From positions 768,001 through 832,000 of the forward strand of contig NZ_JAQNDL010000001.1 of NCBI RefSeq assembly GCF_028368995.1: a DNA stretch of 64,000 nucleotides, given 5' to 3'. The stretch's first letter is position 1. The number at the start of each line of letters is the position of its first letter. Positions 20,337-31,285 of the stretch are shown here, one piece after another. The notes under the pieces are model-generated. The model did no database searches. It was not told the DNA's origin and saw only the letters and a program-made list of their open reading frames with translations. The translations under genes were made by a program, and so were the position numbers. This DNA is from Nannocystis bainbridge (lineage in GTDB: Bacteria > Myxococcota_A > Polyangia > Nannocystales > Nannocystaceae).

Positions 20337-22094
20337 TCACTCCGCGGTCGCCAGGCGGGCCGCGTCGGCGACCGGCTGGAGCACCACGCGCGCCAGCCCG
20401 CGCAGCAGCGGCTCGCCCGCGATCACCCGCGCGAGCGGCGGGCTGTAGGCGTAGTAGAACCGCACCAGGTCGAGCCCGGTCGCCGAGGGCTTGAGCCAGG
20501 CGTCGCGGAAGGCCCGCAGCGCCGCGACCTGGGCCGCCCACGGGGCGCCGTACGCCGCGGTGGCGACGAAGCAGAACGAGTCGACCGTCTGGAACTTCTG
20601 CGCCGTGGTGGTCGCGCTGACGGTGGTGATCGTGCTGCGGTTGGTGCAGCTGTCCTCGTACAGCACCGCGAACTGGTAGGTGTAGTCGCCCCACAGCTGG
20701 GCGACCTCGACGGTGCTCGGCTGGCCGAGCGGGGCCAGCACCGACGGGTCGAGCGGCGGCACCTCGTAGGCGCCGTCGAACACCTCGCGGGTCCAGGTCA
20801 CGTCCTCGCCGGTGACGTGGCGGATCTTCAGGCGCGCCGGGCGGAACTCCGGGTCGTCCTGCCGCGGCACCACGAAGGTCAGGCGCACGCGGTCGAAATC
20901 GACGACCTCGGCCTGCAGGTCCTCGATCGGCGGCAGCTCGCGCAGCACGCAGCTGCCCTCCCAGCCGTCGCCGTCGGTCTCGCCCTCCAGGCCCGCCTCG
21001 CCGTACGAGAACACGCCCCAGCGGAACGTGTCGCCGTTCTTCGTCATCGACCGCAGGCGGTCGGCGCCGCTGCCGTCGGCCTCGCTGATGCTCGGGTCGG
21101 GCGGGTGGATCGCCCCGGTGGCCCCGTCCCAGTCGCCGAAGCCGGCGTAGCGGGTGGCGCCGGTGAAGCCGCGCGCGAGCGGGTCGAAGCCCACCTCGTA
21201 GAGCACCGACGGCTGGCCGAGGTAGGCGACGCCGTAGGTGCTGAGCCGTGGATCGACGAAGTGGTCGGCCTCGCGGGCGAACCGGAAGGCGTCGTTCTCG
21301 TCGCCCTCGCGGCTGACCTCGACGCGGGCGGTCAGCGGCCCGCGCTCGACCACGTCGGCGGGGATCAAGAAGGCGACGAACTCGGCCCGGTCGCCGACCG
21401 GCGTGGCCGCGGTGACCCCGTCGAGGGTGTTGAGCGCCGCGAAACTCTTGGCGTCCTGCGAGTCGAGCGCGGGGTCGAAGACCAGCAGGTCGTTGCGCGG
21501 CGGATAGACGCTGGTCCCGCCCCGCGGGTCGAAGCGGCCCTTGTCGGTGCTGAAATTCTTCGGCGAGGGGCACGTCATGGTGTCGACCACCACCGTCTCG
21601 TGGGCCTCCGGCGTCAGCGGGATGCAGAAGTAGCTCTCGGCGGTGCTGCTGTTCTCGTGCCAGCCGAGCGACTCCTGGTCGAGCGGCTCGTCGTCGAAGA
21701 AGACGACCCGCGGGTAGGTCTTGCCGGTGCCGTGGGCCCAGATCGGCAGGACCGACGGTCGCGGGCCGTAGGGCGCGCGCCAGCTCGAGAGGAAGTCCCA
21801 GCGCCCGGGCCGGTTGCCGATCCCGTACTTGCCGGTCGCCTGGGTCACGAGGACGTCGAGCGCGTGCTGGCCGTCACGGTCCTCGAGCCAGATCGCCAGC
21901 TGCACGTTGGGCACCGGCGTGTAGTGGAACTCGACCAGGATCGGCTCGGTCGCCGCCGCGTGCCCCGGGACCAGCGCCGCCGCCACGGCCAGCAGAGGCC
22001 CCACGACGGCCCGCGCGCGACGCCGGGCCGGCGTCGCGGCATGCGTCCCCAGGGCTCCGAGGTGCCTCGCGCGGGCGACCATGGCCGGGACCAT
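20337..22094 (-). CDS. Secreted protein with FN3-like domain and C-terminal CFI-box-CTERM domain
   Basis: Signal peptide; C-terminal CFVATAAYG...LRAFRDAWL...FYYAYSPPLA. Confidence 0.8.
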   Translation of the reverse strand: MVPAMVARARHLGALGTHAATPARRRARAVVGPLLAVAAALVPGHAAATEPILVEFHYTPVPNVQLAIWLEDRDGQHALDVLVTQATGKYGIGNRPGRWDFLSSWRAPYGPRPSVLPIWAHGTGKTYPRVVFFDDEPLDQESLGWHENSSTAESYFCIPLTPEAHETVVVDTMTCPSPKNFSTDKGRFDPRGGTSVYPPRNDLLVFDPALDSQDAKSFAALNTLDGVTAATPVGDRAEFVAFLIPADVVERGPLTARVEVSREGDENDAFRFAREADHFVDPRLSTYGVAYLGQPSVLYEVGFDPLARGFTGATRYAGFGDWDGATGAIHPPDPSISEADGSGADRLRSMTKNGDTFRWGVFSYGEAGLEGETDGDGWEGSCVLRELPPIEDLQAEVVDFDRVRLTFVVPRQDDPEFRPARLKIRHVTGEDVTWTREVFDGAYEVPPLDPSVLAPLGQPSTVEVAQLWGDYTYQFAVLYEDSCTNRSTITTVSATTTAQKFQTVDSFCFVATAAYGAPWAAQVAALRAFRDAWLKPSATGLDLVRFYYAYSPPLARVIAGEPLLRGLARVVLQPVADAARLATAE

Positions 22095-22222
22095 ACCACG
22101 CGTCCCCGGGCCGCGCCCGTGGCCGCGGCGGCCTCGCCCGGCCCCGTCACTCGCGCGACGCTGCGCGCCCGAGAGCAGCGCAGGCTCGCGGGTGCTCGCC
22201 CGCGCGAGCGCGCTGGCCGGCG

Positions 22223-22295
22223 CAGCATGCCTCTCGGGACATGTCCACGAGGCCAGGGCCCTCAGGACATGCCCGCATGGACATGTCCCTTCGGA
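22223..22295. repeat. 14-bp-period TGTCC-N4-GGACA array
   Basis: Cores at 22226, 22240, 22254, 22268, 22282, directly downstream of the gloA stop codon. Confidence 0.9.
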
Positions 22296-22299
22296 CTGC

Positions 22300-22686
<387 letters not shown>

Positions 22687-22691
22687 GGGCG

Positions 22692-23519
22692 TCACTTCCC
22701 GTTCGGCTTGGCCGTCACCGTGCCGGAGGCCGGCGACGCCGGGGTGGCGACGCCGGGCGACGTCGGGCTCGCCGGCGTCGTGCCGGTCGCGCCGGCGGCC
22801 GCGCGCAGGGCCGCCTCGACGAAGCTGTCCTGCTTGCCCATCTCGACCACCAGTTGGTCGCAGTTGGCGTAGTCCTTGATCGTCACGAAATTCTCGGGCG
22901 GATCACGGAACTGGATCGGGTCGGCCTTGAGCGTGATCTCGCCGCCCCACGGCACCAGCTTGGTGGTCGACACGCCGGGCCCGTTGACCAGCGCGACCGC
23001 CACGCACGAGTTGTTCTGGCGGGTGAACAGCACGCCGATCGACACCCCGTCGCAGCCGGCCTTGGGGCACACGCGCTCGGGCGACGGGCGCACGTCGATC
23101 GGCCGGCCCGGCAGCGCCTTCTCGACCAGCTGCTTCACCTTCTGCTGGATCGACTGGCCGTAATTCTGGTTCTCGGCCGCGATCGCGCTGGGGATGATGC
23201 GGGGGAACAGCACCACCACCCCGCCGGCGACCCCCTTCGAGTGCGAGATCTCGGGCGCCAGGAAGCGGGTGTCGTTCGGCGAGCCCGCCGCCACGCCCGT
23301 GCCGCCCGCGGTCGGGTCGGTCGTGCCGCCGGAGCCGCCCGGGTTCTGCGCGTCGCCCGGCGTGGTCCCGGCGCCGTCCGCGGGGCCCGGGCCGCCGATC
23401 GTCGGCCCCGTGGCGCCGCCGCTGGTGTCGGTGGGCGGGGTGGTGCTGCCCGACGTGGTCGGGGTGCAACCCAGGCTCACGGCGGCGAGGACGAGGGCGA
23501 GGCGGGGGATCGACGGCAT
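22692..23519 (-). CDS. Hypothetical lipoprotein
   Basis: Lipobox SLGC, Gly/Thr/Pro linker, globular domain with Cys residues. Confidence 0.75.
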   Translation of the reverse strand: MPSIPRLALVLAAVSLGCTPTTSGSTTPPTDTSGGATGPTIGGPGPADGAGTTPGDAQNPGGSGGTTDPTAGGTGVAAGSPNDTRFLAPEISHSKGVAGGVVVLFPRIIPSAIAAENQNYGQSIQQKVKQLVEKALPGRPIDVRPSPERVCPKAGCDGVSIGVLFTRQNNSCVAVALVNGPGVSTTKLVPWGGEITLKADPIQFRDPPENFVTIKDYANCDQLVVEMGKQDSFVEAALRAAAGATGTTPASPTSPGVATPASPASGTVTAKPNGK

Positions 23520-23662
23520 GGGGCCGATTGTACGAAAACGGCCCGTCCACGGCGAAAATTCGCCGATCGGGGCCGGGTCCGGGGGGTCGCCGGGGCCGCC
23601 GCCGCCGCCGGGCATGTTCGATTTCGCCCCCGTTTCGAGTACCCTGCCTGCACGGCGTCCTC

Positions 23663-24343
23663 ATGAAGCGCAGCGAAAAGGCCCTCAAAATTCAGGCCGT
23701 CCTCGACCGCCTCTACCCGCAGCCCGCGGTCCCGCTGCTCCACGGCGATCCGTTCACCTTGCTGGTCGCGGTGTTGTTGTCGGCGCAGACCACCGACGCG
23801 CGGGTCAACCTCGTCACGCCGGCGCTGTTCCAGCGCGCGCCGACGCCCGCGGCGATGGCCGAGCTGTCCGAGGCCGAGATCCTCGGGTTCATCCGCTCTT
23901 GCGGCCTCGCCCCGGCCAAGGCCAAGAACATCCGCCGGCTGTCGCAGCTGCTGCTCGAGCGCCACGGGGGACATGTCCCGAAGGACATGGCCGCGCTCGA
24001 GGACCTGCCCGGCGTCGGCCACAAGACGGCCAGCGTCGTCATGATCCAGGCGTTCGGCGTGCCGGCCTTCCCGGTCGACACCCACATCCACCGGCTGGCC
24101 GCCCGCTGGGGCCTGTCCGACGGCACCACCGTCGAGAAGACCGAGGCCGACCTCAAGGCTCTGTGGCCGCAGGACGCGTGGGCCAAGCTCCACCTGCAGA
24201 TCATCTACTTCGGCCGCGAGCACTGCCCGGCCCGCGGCCACGACCCCGAGGTGTGCCCGATCTGCGCGTGGGCCGGCGTCAAGACCCGCCTCGCCGCCGA
24301 GGCCCGCGCCCGCGCGGCCGCCCGCCTCTCCGCGTCCGGGTGA
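23663..24343 (+). CDS. nth: Endonuclease III
   Basis: LLSAQTTD, HhH motif LPGVGHKTA, VDTHIHR, C-terminal 4Fe-4S-type Cys cluster. Confidence 0.95.
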   Translation: MKRSEKALKIQAVLDRLYPQPAVPLLHGDPFTLLVAVLLSAQTTDARVNLVTPALFQRAPTPAAMAELSEAEILGFIRSCGLAPAKAKNIRRLSQLLLERHGGHVPKDMAALEDLPGVGHKTASVVMIQAFGVPAFPVDTHIHRLAARWGLSDGTTVEKTEADLKALWPQDAWAKLHLQIIYFGREHCPARGHDPEVCPICAWAGVKTRLAAEARARAAARLSASG

Positions 24344-24423
24344 GCCGCGGCGCTCGCGAGAACGGGCGCCGCGAGGGGGCGGCCTGTTTCACACGAGACG
24401 AGCCGAAGCGACGCGTACTCCAT

Positions 24424-24489
24424 GGGCATGTCCTTCGGGGCATGTCCGATGCACCATGCTCCTTCAGACATGCCCTTTCAAGCATGTCC
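24424..24489. repeat. 14-bp-period TGTCC-N4-GGACA array
   Basis: Cores at 24427, 24441, 24455, 24469, 24483, between convergent genes. Confidence 0.9.
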
Positions 24490-24834
24490 TCAAGACCTGT
24501 CGAGGTAGCGGCTGGTCGCCAGCGGTCCGAGCGCGGCCTCGGCCAGCGCGCGGACCGTGCGGCCGATCTCGCGGCGCACCTCGGGCTGGGCGAACATCCC
24601 CGGCGGCAGCAGCGAGGCCACGAATTTGCTGCTGCGGATCCGCAGCGCGTCGGCGCGGGTCAGGCTGCCGTGCGAGGTCGGCTCGACGTCGTGGCTGTCG
24701 GGGTCGTCGATCGCCGCCAGCGACGCCACGAACTCGGCCCGCGCCGACGCGAGGTCCAGGCGCGGGCCGTCGGGATGCAGGCGCCGGATCAGCGCCTCGA
24801 GGCCGTCGCAGAGGTCGTCCACGGCCGGCAGCAT
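24490..24834 (-). CDS. Small hypothetical protein
   Basis: Helical, coding-like ORF starting MLPAVDDLCDGLEALIRRL, directly downstream of the propeller gene. Confidence 0.5.
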   Translation of the reverse strand: MLPAVDDLCDGLEALIRRLHPDGPRLDLASARAEFVASLAAIDDPDSHDVEPTSHGSLTRADALRIRSSKFVASLLPPGMFAQPEVRREIGRTVRALAEAALGPLATSRYLDRS

Positions 24835-24860
24835 AGCCGCCGGCCGGGCCGGGCGCGAAC

Positions 24861-26762
24861 TCAGCCGCCCGGGTCGTCGTTCTTGTGGACCCAGAAGCCG
24901 CGCATGTTGAGCGTGTTCACGTCCTGGCCGTGCAGCCAGAACCCGGGGTGGCTCGGGTCGACGCCCGGCTGCGGGTTCTCGTCGATGGCGACCACCCACA
25001 GCTGCTTGACCGAGTTCTTGTCGGCCTCGAGCTTGTTGCCGAAGGTGCGGCGCGACGTGAACACGACCCAGTTGTAGCCGCCGGAGCTGCGCGGCGCGAA
25101 CGTCGGCTCGTAGTTCCAGTGGCGGTCGCGGTCACCGGCGTAGAACGGGTGGTCGTCGCCGTTGCCGGCGCGCAGGCGGATCTCCACGCCGGGCTGCTCG
25201 ATGCTGGCGAGGAACATGTCCGACGTGCCGTTGCGGGTGTCGAGCATCGCCGGGTAGGCGCCGCGGTGGTAGATGACGTAGCGCCCGTCGGGCGTCACGC
25301 TCGGGAAGATGATCCCGTTGAGCGTCGGGTCGGCGCCCGGATCGACCAGCTTGACCGGGTTGGCCGCGGTGCGGTTGACGGCGTCGTAGTCGAGCGCCAT
25401 CAGCGACAGCGTCGCGTGGTCGACGTAGGCGATCTTGCGCCCGTCCGACGAGAACGCCGGCATGTTGAGCACGAGGTCGTCGATGCCGGTGCCCATCAGC
25501 TTGGCGCCGGTGGTCGCGTCCCACATGCCCGGCTGACCGCCCGGCGGGCCCGGCAGGTTGAGCTCGCCGTTTTCGATCACCACCGTGCCGTCGGGCGAGA
25601 TCGCCGACATCGCCCAGCTGCGGACCGGCACGCCGATGCTCGTCGAGGCGAACACCGGCGTGTTGTTGACGAGGTCCCACGTCGACACGTTGATGTCGCC
25701 GCCGATGATGAGGCGCGTGCCGTCGGCCGAGGCCGAGTGACAGGTGCTGCAGCCGTCCTGGCCGCCGGCCAGCAGGAAGTCCTCGGGCGCGTCGGCGCCG
25801 GGGTTGATGCGGAGCACGCGGCCGAGGCTGTTGGCCCAGTAGTACACCGAGCCGATCAGCGGCTCGGAGGCGATGGTCCACGTGTCGTCGGCGAGCACGA
25901 AGGCCGACGCCTGCCCGGCGGGCAGGCGGTGCACGTCGAGGCCCAGCGGCAGGCCCGAGCTCGACTCGGAGATCTGGACCCACAGCGGCTTGGGGATCGC
26001 GTGCCGCGAGGGCGGCTCGGCCAGCGTGTAGATCTTGGCGTCGACGAACTGGCCGCTGTAACGGACCAGGTACTTGTCGCCCGCGGTCGAGCCGTGCCAC
26101 ATCAGCTCGGCCGGCGACAGGCCCTTCGGGAACACGGTGCCGTCGTACGGGTACGACAGCGCGGCCGTGTCGGGCAGCGTCGCGCCGTCGAGGAGCTGCT
26201 TGTCGGCCTCGGTGATCTCGGGCGGCAGCTGATCGATCTTGAGGAACACGTTGACCGTGGCCTCGGCGACCTTGTTGCCGTGCAGCGCCTCGACGACGAG
26301 CTGGCCGCCGTACTGGCCGCCGGCCTCCACGGTGCCCTTCTCGTCGACCGACGCGATGTAGCTGGCGTCGGCCGACCAGGTCGCGGTCACCGGCTGCCCG
26401 TCACACAGCGCGTTCAGCTGCACCGGCGCGTGCACGCCGTTGTCGATCAGGATCATCGCCTCGGGCGGATCGACCGTCAGCGTGTTGCAGTTCGGGACCC
26501 CACCGGAGGTGGAGGTGGGCGCGTCGGTGGTCCCGGTCGCGCCGTCGGTGCCCTCGGAGGTGGTGGGCGCGTCGGTCGCGGTGCCGTCCGACTCTGAACC
26601 GGCCGTCATCGTCGACGCGATCCCCGTCGGGGAGGACGGCGAGCTCGCGCCCGCCGTGTCTCGCGTACCGTCGTCGCCGCACGCGGTCGGGACCGCGGCA
26701 CACGCACTCACCAGGAGCAACCCCCGCCACGGCCTCGTCGCCTTGTCGCGGTCTTTCATCAT
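24861..26762 (-). CDS. TolB/WD40-like beta-propeller lipoprotein
   Basis: Lipobox PTAC, Thr-rich linker, PD40-like repeats (ISPDG, FSSDG, VTPDG), CSTCH, WVVFTSRRTFGN. Confidence 0.85.
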   Translation of the reverse strand: MMKDRDKATRPWRGLLLVSACAAVPTACGDDGTRDTAGASSPSSPTGIASTMTAGSESDGTATDAPTTSEGTDGATGTTDAPTSTSGGVPNCNTLTVDPPEAMILIDNGVHAPVQLNALCDGQPVTATWSADASYIASVDEKGTVEAGGQYGGQLVVEALHGNKVAEATVNVFLKIDQLPPEITEADKQLLDGATLPDTAALSYPYDGTVFPKGLSPAELMWHGSTAGDKYLVRYSGQFVDAKIYTLAEPPSRHAIPKPLWVQISESSSGLPLGLDVHRLPAGQASAFVLADDTWTIASEPLIGSVYYWANSLGRVLRINPGADAPEDFLLAGGQDGCSTCHSASADGTRLIIGGDINVSTWDLVNNTPVFASTSIGVPVRSWAMSAISPDGTVVIENGELNLPGPPGGQPGMWDATTGAKLMGTGIDDLVLNMPAFSSDGRKIAYVDHATLSLMALDYDAVNRTAANPVKLVDPGADPTLNGIIFPSVTPDGRYVIYHRGAYPAMLDTRNGTSDMFLASIEQPGVEIRLRAGNGDDHPFYAGDRDRHWNYEPTFAPRSSGGYNWVVFTSRRTFGNKLEADKNSVKQLWVVAIDENPQPGVDPSHPGFWLHGQDVNTLNMRGFWVHKNDDPGG

Positions 26763-26914
26763 CACCTGCCCTTCCAAAAAAACTCTTCCGCCAGCCGTAT
26801 CACAGACCTACCACCCGCGCAGGCGGGGAAACCCTCTGCGCGCGGCTTCGCTGGAGACCTCGGCATCTCCCCGCCCCGGCGTTTGCGGTCCCGTGCTAAG
26901 GTGGCTGCGCAGGC

Positions 26915-29900
26915 GTGGTCGACCTCGAGGCGGACAGACTGCGCGCCTTGATGCGCGCCGCGGTGTTCAAGCAGCCGCACCAGCCGGTGCTCCTCGGCAA
27001 CTTCGAGATCATCAAGGTGCTCGGATCGGGCGCGATGGGCATCGTGTATGAGGCCTTCGACCCCCGTCGCGGCGAGAGCGTCGCGCTCAAGACGTTGCGG
27101 GCCCCGAGCGCGCGCGCACTGGCGCTCTTCAAGCGCGAGTTCCGGGCGCTGTCGCGGCTGTCGCACCCGAACCTGGTCGAGCTGCACAAGATGTATCGCG
27201 ACCACGACCAGTACTTCTTCACGATGGAGCTCATCCGCGGCTCGCCGCTGCTGACGTACCTGTGGGGCGTCGAGGCCGCTCCCGACGCGCCGACGGCCAC
27301 TCCCGTCACCGACTTCGCCCGACTGCGCGCGGCCTTCGCCCAGCTCGTCGACGGCGTGTTCGCGCTCCACCAGAGCCACAAGCTGCACCGCGACATCAAG
27401 CCGACCAACGTCATGGTCAGCCCCGAAGGCCGCGTCGTCCTCATGGACTTCGGCTTCGTCGGCGAGGAGTCCGTCGGCACGCTCGAGTCGACGGCCGGCA
27501 GCCTGGTGGTCGGCACGCCGGCGTACATGGCCCCCGAGCAGGCGGTCGGCGGCGCGCGCACGCCCGCGAGCGACTGGTACAGCGTCGGCGCCACCCTCTA
27601 CATGGCCCTCACCGGCCGCGTGCCCTACTCCGGGGAGAACCTGGCGCGCATGATGGAGCGCAAGCAGGCGTCGGCGCCCCCGCCGCCGCGCACGCTCGTG
27701 GCCGGCATCCCCGACGAGCTCGACGTCGTCTGCGTGCGCCTGCTCCAACCTGACCCGAAGGTCAGGCCCGGCGCGTCCGAGCTGATGGCGCTGTTCCACA
27801 GCGACCGCGGCCACCTGCAGCGGGTCCAGGCGGCCGCGTACGTGTCGCCGGCCGCCACCCACGTCGGCGCGCGCAGCTTCGTCGGCCGCACCGCCCAGGT
27901 GCGCGCGATCCGGCTGGCCTTCGACGCCGTCGACCGCGCGGCCGCGCCCGTCCCCCCGCCCGAGGCAGTGCCCGCGGTGGTGCTCGTGCACGGCCGCGCC
28001 GGCCTCGGCAAGAGCGCGCTGATCCGCCACGTCACCGACGGCCTGCGCCAGCGCGCGACCCTGCTGCGCGCCCGCTGTTACGATCGCGACACCGTCCCGT
28101 ACAAGGCGCTCGACAGCCTGGTCGACGCCCTGGCCCGCCAGCTGCGCCAGCGCGACGAGGCCGAGGTCGCTACCGTGCTGCCGCCCGAGATCGACTCGCT
28201 GGTCGCGCTGTTCCCGGTGCTCCACCAGGCCCCGGCCGTGGCCGCCGTCACACCTGTCCCTTCGGCCATGCCCACGCGGCGCGATCTCCGGGCCGCGCTG
28301 CGCCCGGACGCCCCGGCCTTCCGCGCGCTGCGGCGGCTGCTCGTCGGCCTCGGCGGCGGCCGCCCGCTGGTGCTGTGGATCGACGACCTGCAGTGGGGCG
28401 ACGCCGACAGCGTGCGCGTGCTGGCCGAGCTGCTGCGCCCGCCCGGGGCCCCGCGCGGCCTGCTGATCGCCAGCTACCGCAGCGAGGACGGCGACAGCCC
28501 GGCGCTGCGGGCCCTGGATGTCCTGAGGGACATGGTCGAACAGGCAGGTTCTTCGATGCAGGTGCTCGAGGTGCCGCCGCTGTCACCCGACGAGACCGAC
28601 GCGCTGGCCGAGATCCTGCTCGGGCCCGACACCCCGCCGCCGCGGCTGCGCCGGGTCGCCGCCGAGGCCGGGGGCAGCCCGCAGCTGCTTCACGAGCTGG
28701 CGCGCTTCGTCGCCCACGGGGCCGGCAGCGCGCCCGAGGTCACGGTCGACGAGCTGATCGAGATCCGGATCTCGCGCCTGTCCGCGCCGCAGCGGCGCCT
28801 GGTCGAGGTGCTGGCGGTGGCCGGGCGCCCGCTGGCCCAGGCGGTCGCGTTCACGGTCGCCGGGGTCGCCCCCGCGGCCGCCAACGCCGGGCTGGCCGAC
28901 CTCCACCAGCTGCAGGCCGCGGGCCTGGTCCGCAGCTTCACCGCCGCCGGCTCCGACCTGCTCGGCGAGCAGGGCGAGCTCGTGCTCGACGTCCAGCACG
29001 AGCGCACCCGCGACGCGGTGCTGATCCGCCTCGACGGTCCGGCCCTGCGCGAGCTCCACGGCCGCCTCGCCGCCGCGCTCGAGCGCGACCCGCAGACCGA
29101 CCCGTTCGCCCTCATCGAGCACCTGCGCGCCGCCGGCGACACCGCCCGCGCGCTCGCCCTGGCCCGCCGGGCCGCCGGCTTCTACCGCGAGGCCGACGAT
29201 TTCCTGCGCGCGGCCGCCTTCCTCCGGGTCGCCCGCGACCTCGCCCCGCCCGGGGCCGCACCGGCGCTCGCGCGCGAGCTCGGCGATGCGCTCGCGCGCG
29301 CCGGCCACAGCCGCGAGTCCGCCGAGGCCTACCTCTCGGCCCGCAACGGCAGCGACCCGGCGGGCGACCTCACCCTCGTCGGCGCCGCCGCGGCCCAGTT
29401 CATCACCGCCGGCCACCTCACCCGCGGTCAGGAGATCCTGAGCGCCGCCCTCGTCTCGGCCGGGCTGTCCGCCGGCGACGCGTCGGTGCGCGACAAGCTC
29501 GGCGCGCTGTGGCGGCGCGGCCAGAAGATGGTCCGCGGCCTCGACTTCACCGCCCGCGCCGAGGCCGACGTCGACCGCATGGACCTGGCGCGGGTCGACC
29601 TGTGCTTCGCCGCCGCGCTGTCGACCATGGCCGTCGACCCCAGCGCCGCCGCCGACGCCCAGGCGCGCCACCTGCTGCTGGCCCTGCGGGCCGGCGAACC
29701 GCGTCGGGTGGCGCGCGCCTTCGCGCTCGAGGCCTGCCTGCTGGCGCCCGGAGGCGCGCGCGCGCGCGGCCAGCTCGACCCGCTGCTCACCTCCGCGCGC
29801 GCCCTCGCCCGCTCGACCGGCGCCACCGGCATCGCCGACCTGTGCGACCTGGTCGACCTGCTGGCCGAGACCGCCGGCGGCTCGCCCACGCGCGCGCTGG

Positions 29901-30724
29901 CGCTCGCCGGGCCGCTGCTGCGCGCCGGCACCCTGCACGCGCCCGAGCTGCCGGGGCTGTCGACCCTGGCCCGCCTGTGCCAGTTCCGCGCGCTCACCCA
30001 CCTCGGCCGCTACGACGTGCTGCTCGAGGAGGTCCCGGCCCTGCTGACCGCCGCGCGCTTCGCCGACGACCGGGCCGCCCACGTCGCCTGCGCCTCGCTG
30101 GCCGCCTGGCTGGCCGCGGTCGACGGCGACCCGGACGGCGCCCAGGCGCTCGCCGCCGAGTGCGCCGCCGCCTGGCCGTCCGCCGACGCGCGCGCCTTCC
30201 ACATGCAGCACCTGCAGATCGTCGGCGCCGAGGCCCACGCGCTGCTCGCCGCCGACGATCCGGCCGGCGCCTGGGCCCGGGTCGACGCCGCCGGGCCGGC
30301 GCTGGCGCGCAGCGGCCTCGGCAACCTGCTGCCGCTGCGGATCCAGGCGACCGAGCTGACCGGCCGCACCGCCGTGGCCGCGCTCGCCGCCGGGCCGCCG
30401 CCGGGCGCCCGCGAGGGCCTGCGCCGCGCGGTCGAGCGGGCCTCCGACAGCCTCCAGCGCGACGGCGCCATGGGTCACGCCGCCCTTCTGCGCGCCGCTC
30501 TGCGCCACCTCGCCGGCGACCCCGCCGCCGCTCAGACCCAGCTCCAGACCGCCAGCGACGCGTTCGCGGCCGCCGGCATGGCCGCGCACCAGGCCGCCGC
30601 CGAGCTGCGCCTGGCCCGCCTGGCCGGCCGCAGCGGCGACGTGCCACGCGGGGCCCTGCAAGCGCTCGGCGTCGAGCACCCGAACCGCTTCGCCGACCTC
30701 CTGGCCCCGGCGCTGCCCGCGTGA
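26915..30724 (+). CDS. Ser/Thr kinase fused to AAA/NTPase domain and helical repeats
   Basis: LGSGAMG, HRDIKPTN, DFG, GTPAYMAPE; Walker A GRAGLGKS; Walker B LWIDDLQW. Confidence 0.92.
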   Translation: MVDLEADRLRALMRAAVFKQPHQPVLLGNFEIIKVLGSGAMGIVYEAFDPRRGESVALKTLRAPSARALALFKREFRALSRLSHPNLVELHKMYRDHDQYFFTMELIRGSPLLTYLWGVEAAPDAPTATPVTDFARLRAAFAQLVDGVFALHQSHKLHRDIKPTNVMVSPEGRVVLMDFGFVGEESVGTLESTAGSLVVGTPAYMAPEQAVGGARTPASDWYSVGATLYMALTGRVPYSGENLARMMERKQASAPPPPRTLVAGIPDELDVVCVRLLQPDPKVRPGASELMALFHSDRGHLQRVQAAAYVSPAATHVGARSFVGRTAQVRAIRLAFDAVDRAAAPVPPPEAVPAVVLVHGRAGLGKSALIRHVTDGLRQRATLLRARCYDRDTVPYKALDSLVDALARQLRQRDEAEVATVLPPEIDSLVALFPVLHQAPAVAAVTPVPSAMPTRRDLRAALRPDAPAFRALRRLLVGLGGGRPLVLWIDDLQWGDADSVRVLAELLRPPGAPRGLLIASYRSEDGDSPALRALDVLRDMVEQAGSSMQVLEVPPLSPDETDALAEILLGPDTPPPRLRRVAAEAGGSPQLLHELARFVAHGAGSAPEVTVDELIEIRISRLSAPQRRLVEVLAVAGRPLAQAVAFTVAGVAPAAANAGLADLHQLQAAGLVRSFTAAGSDLLGEQGELVLDVQHERTRDAVLIRLDGPALRELHGRLAAALERDPQTDPFALIEHLRAAGDTARALALARRAAGFYREADDFLRAAAFLRVARDLAPPGAAPALARELGDALARAGHSRESAEAYLSARNGSDPAGDLTLVGAAAAQFITAGHLTRGQEILSAALVSAGLSAGDASVRDKLGALWRRGQKMVRGLDFTARAEADVDRMDLARVDLCFAAALSTMAVDPSAAADAQARHLLLALRAGEPRRVARAFALEACLLAPGGARARGQLDPLLTSARALARSTGATGIADLCDLVDLLAETAGGSPTRALALAGPLLRAGTLHAPELPGLSTLARLCQFRALTHLGRYDVLLEEVPALLTAARFADDRAAHVACASLAAWLAAVDGDPDGAQALAAECAAAWPSADARAFHMQHLQIVGAEAHALLAADDPAGAWARVDAAGPALARSGLGNLLPLRIQATELTGRTAVAALAAGPPPGAREGLRRAVERASDSLQRDGAMGHAALLRAALRHLAGDPAAAQTQLQTASDAFAAAGMAAHQAAAELRLARLAGRSGDVPRGALQALGVEHPNRFADLLAPALPA
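28514..28565. repeat. Degenerate 14-bp-period array inside the kinase CDS
   Basis: Cores at 28517, 28531, 28545, 28559 with locally atypical codons. Confidence 0.7.
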
Positions 30725-31285
30725 GCTGCAGCGCGGCCCTTCGCGCCCTGCCCCGCCTCCCGCGGGCCCTGCCTCGCTCAACGCAGCGGCCCGCCTCGCC
30801 TCCCGCGGACACTGCCTCGCAACTCACCAGAATGCGAGCCGTCGGGGCCCGGTCCGAGTCGCGCGCGGCTCTTCTCGAGCGCACCCGCGTGAGCCCGTCG
30901 CGGCCCCACACGCCCTTCGCTAGCCTCGCCGCCGGCCGGTCGCGACGCCCGCCACGGACCTCTCGCCGCCGCCCCGAAATGCGAGCCTGCGCCGCGCGAG
31001 CCTCCGGCCCCTCGGGTGACGTCGCCCCTCTGTCGGCGCCGCCCGCGTGTGCCTCGCGACCCGCGCTCGTCCGAGCCGCCAACGCGCCGTGGATCCCCGA
31101 ACTCCTGCGCGCACGACCTCTCCGCCCCGCGAGGCTGCGGACCGCGAACTCGCAGGGCCGGCGAGCGCCCGGGCGCCTGCGGACTCGTGCGCGCGGTTCG
31201 GCTTCTCCCCCGCTGTCCGCGCGTGATCCGGCGCTGGGCGCCCGCTCCGCCGAAGCCGCGGCCTCGCCGTGCTACCGTCGCCGGG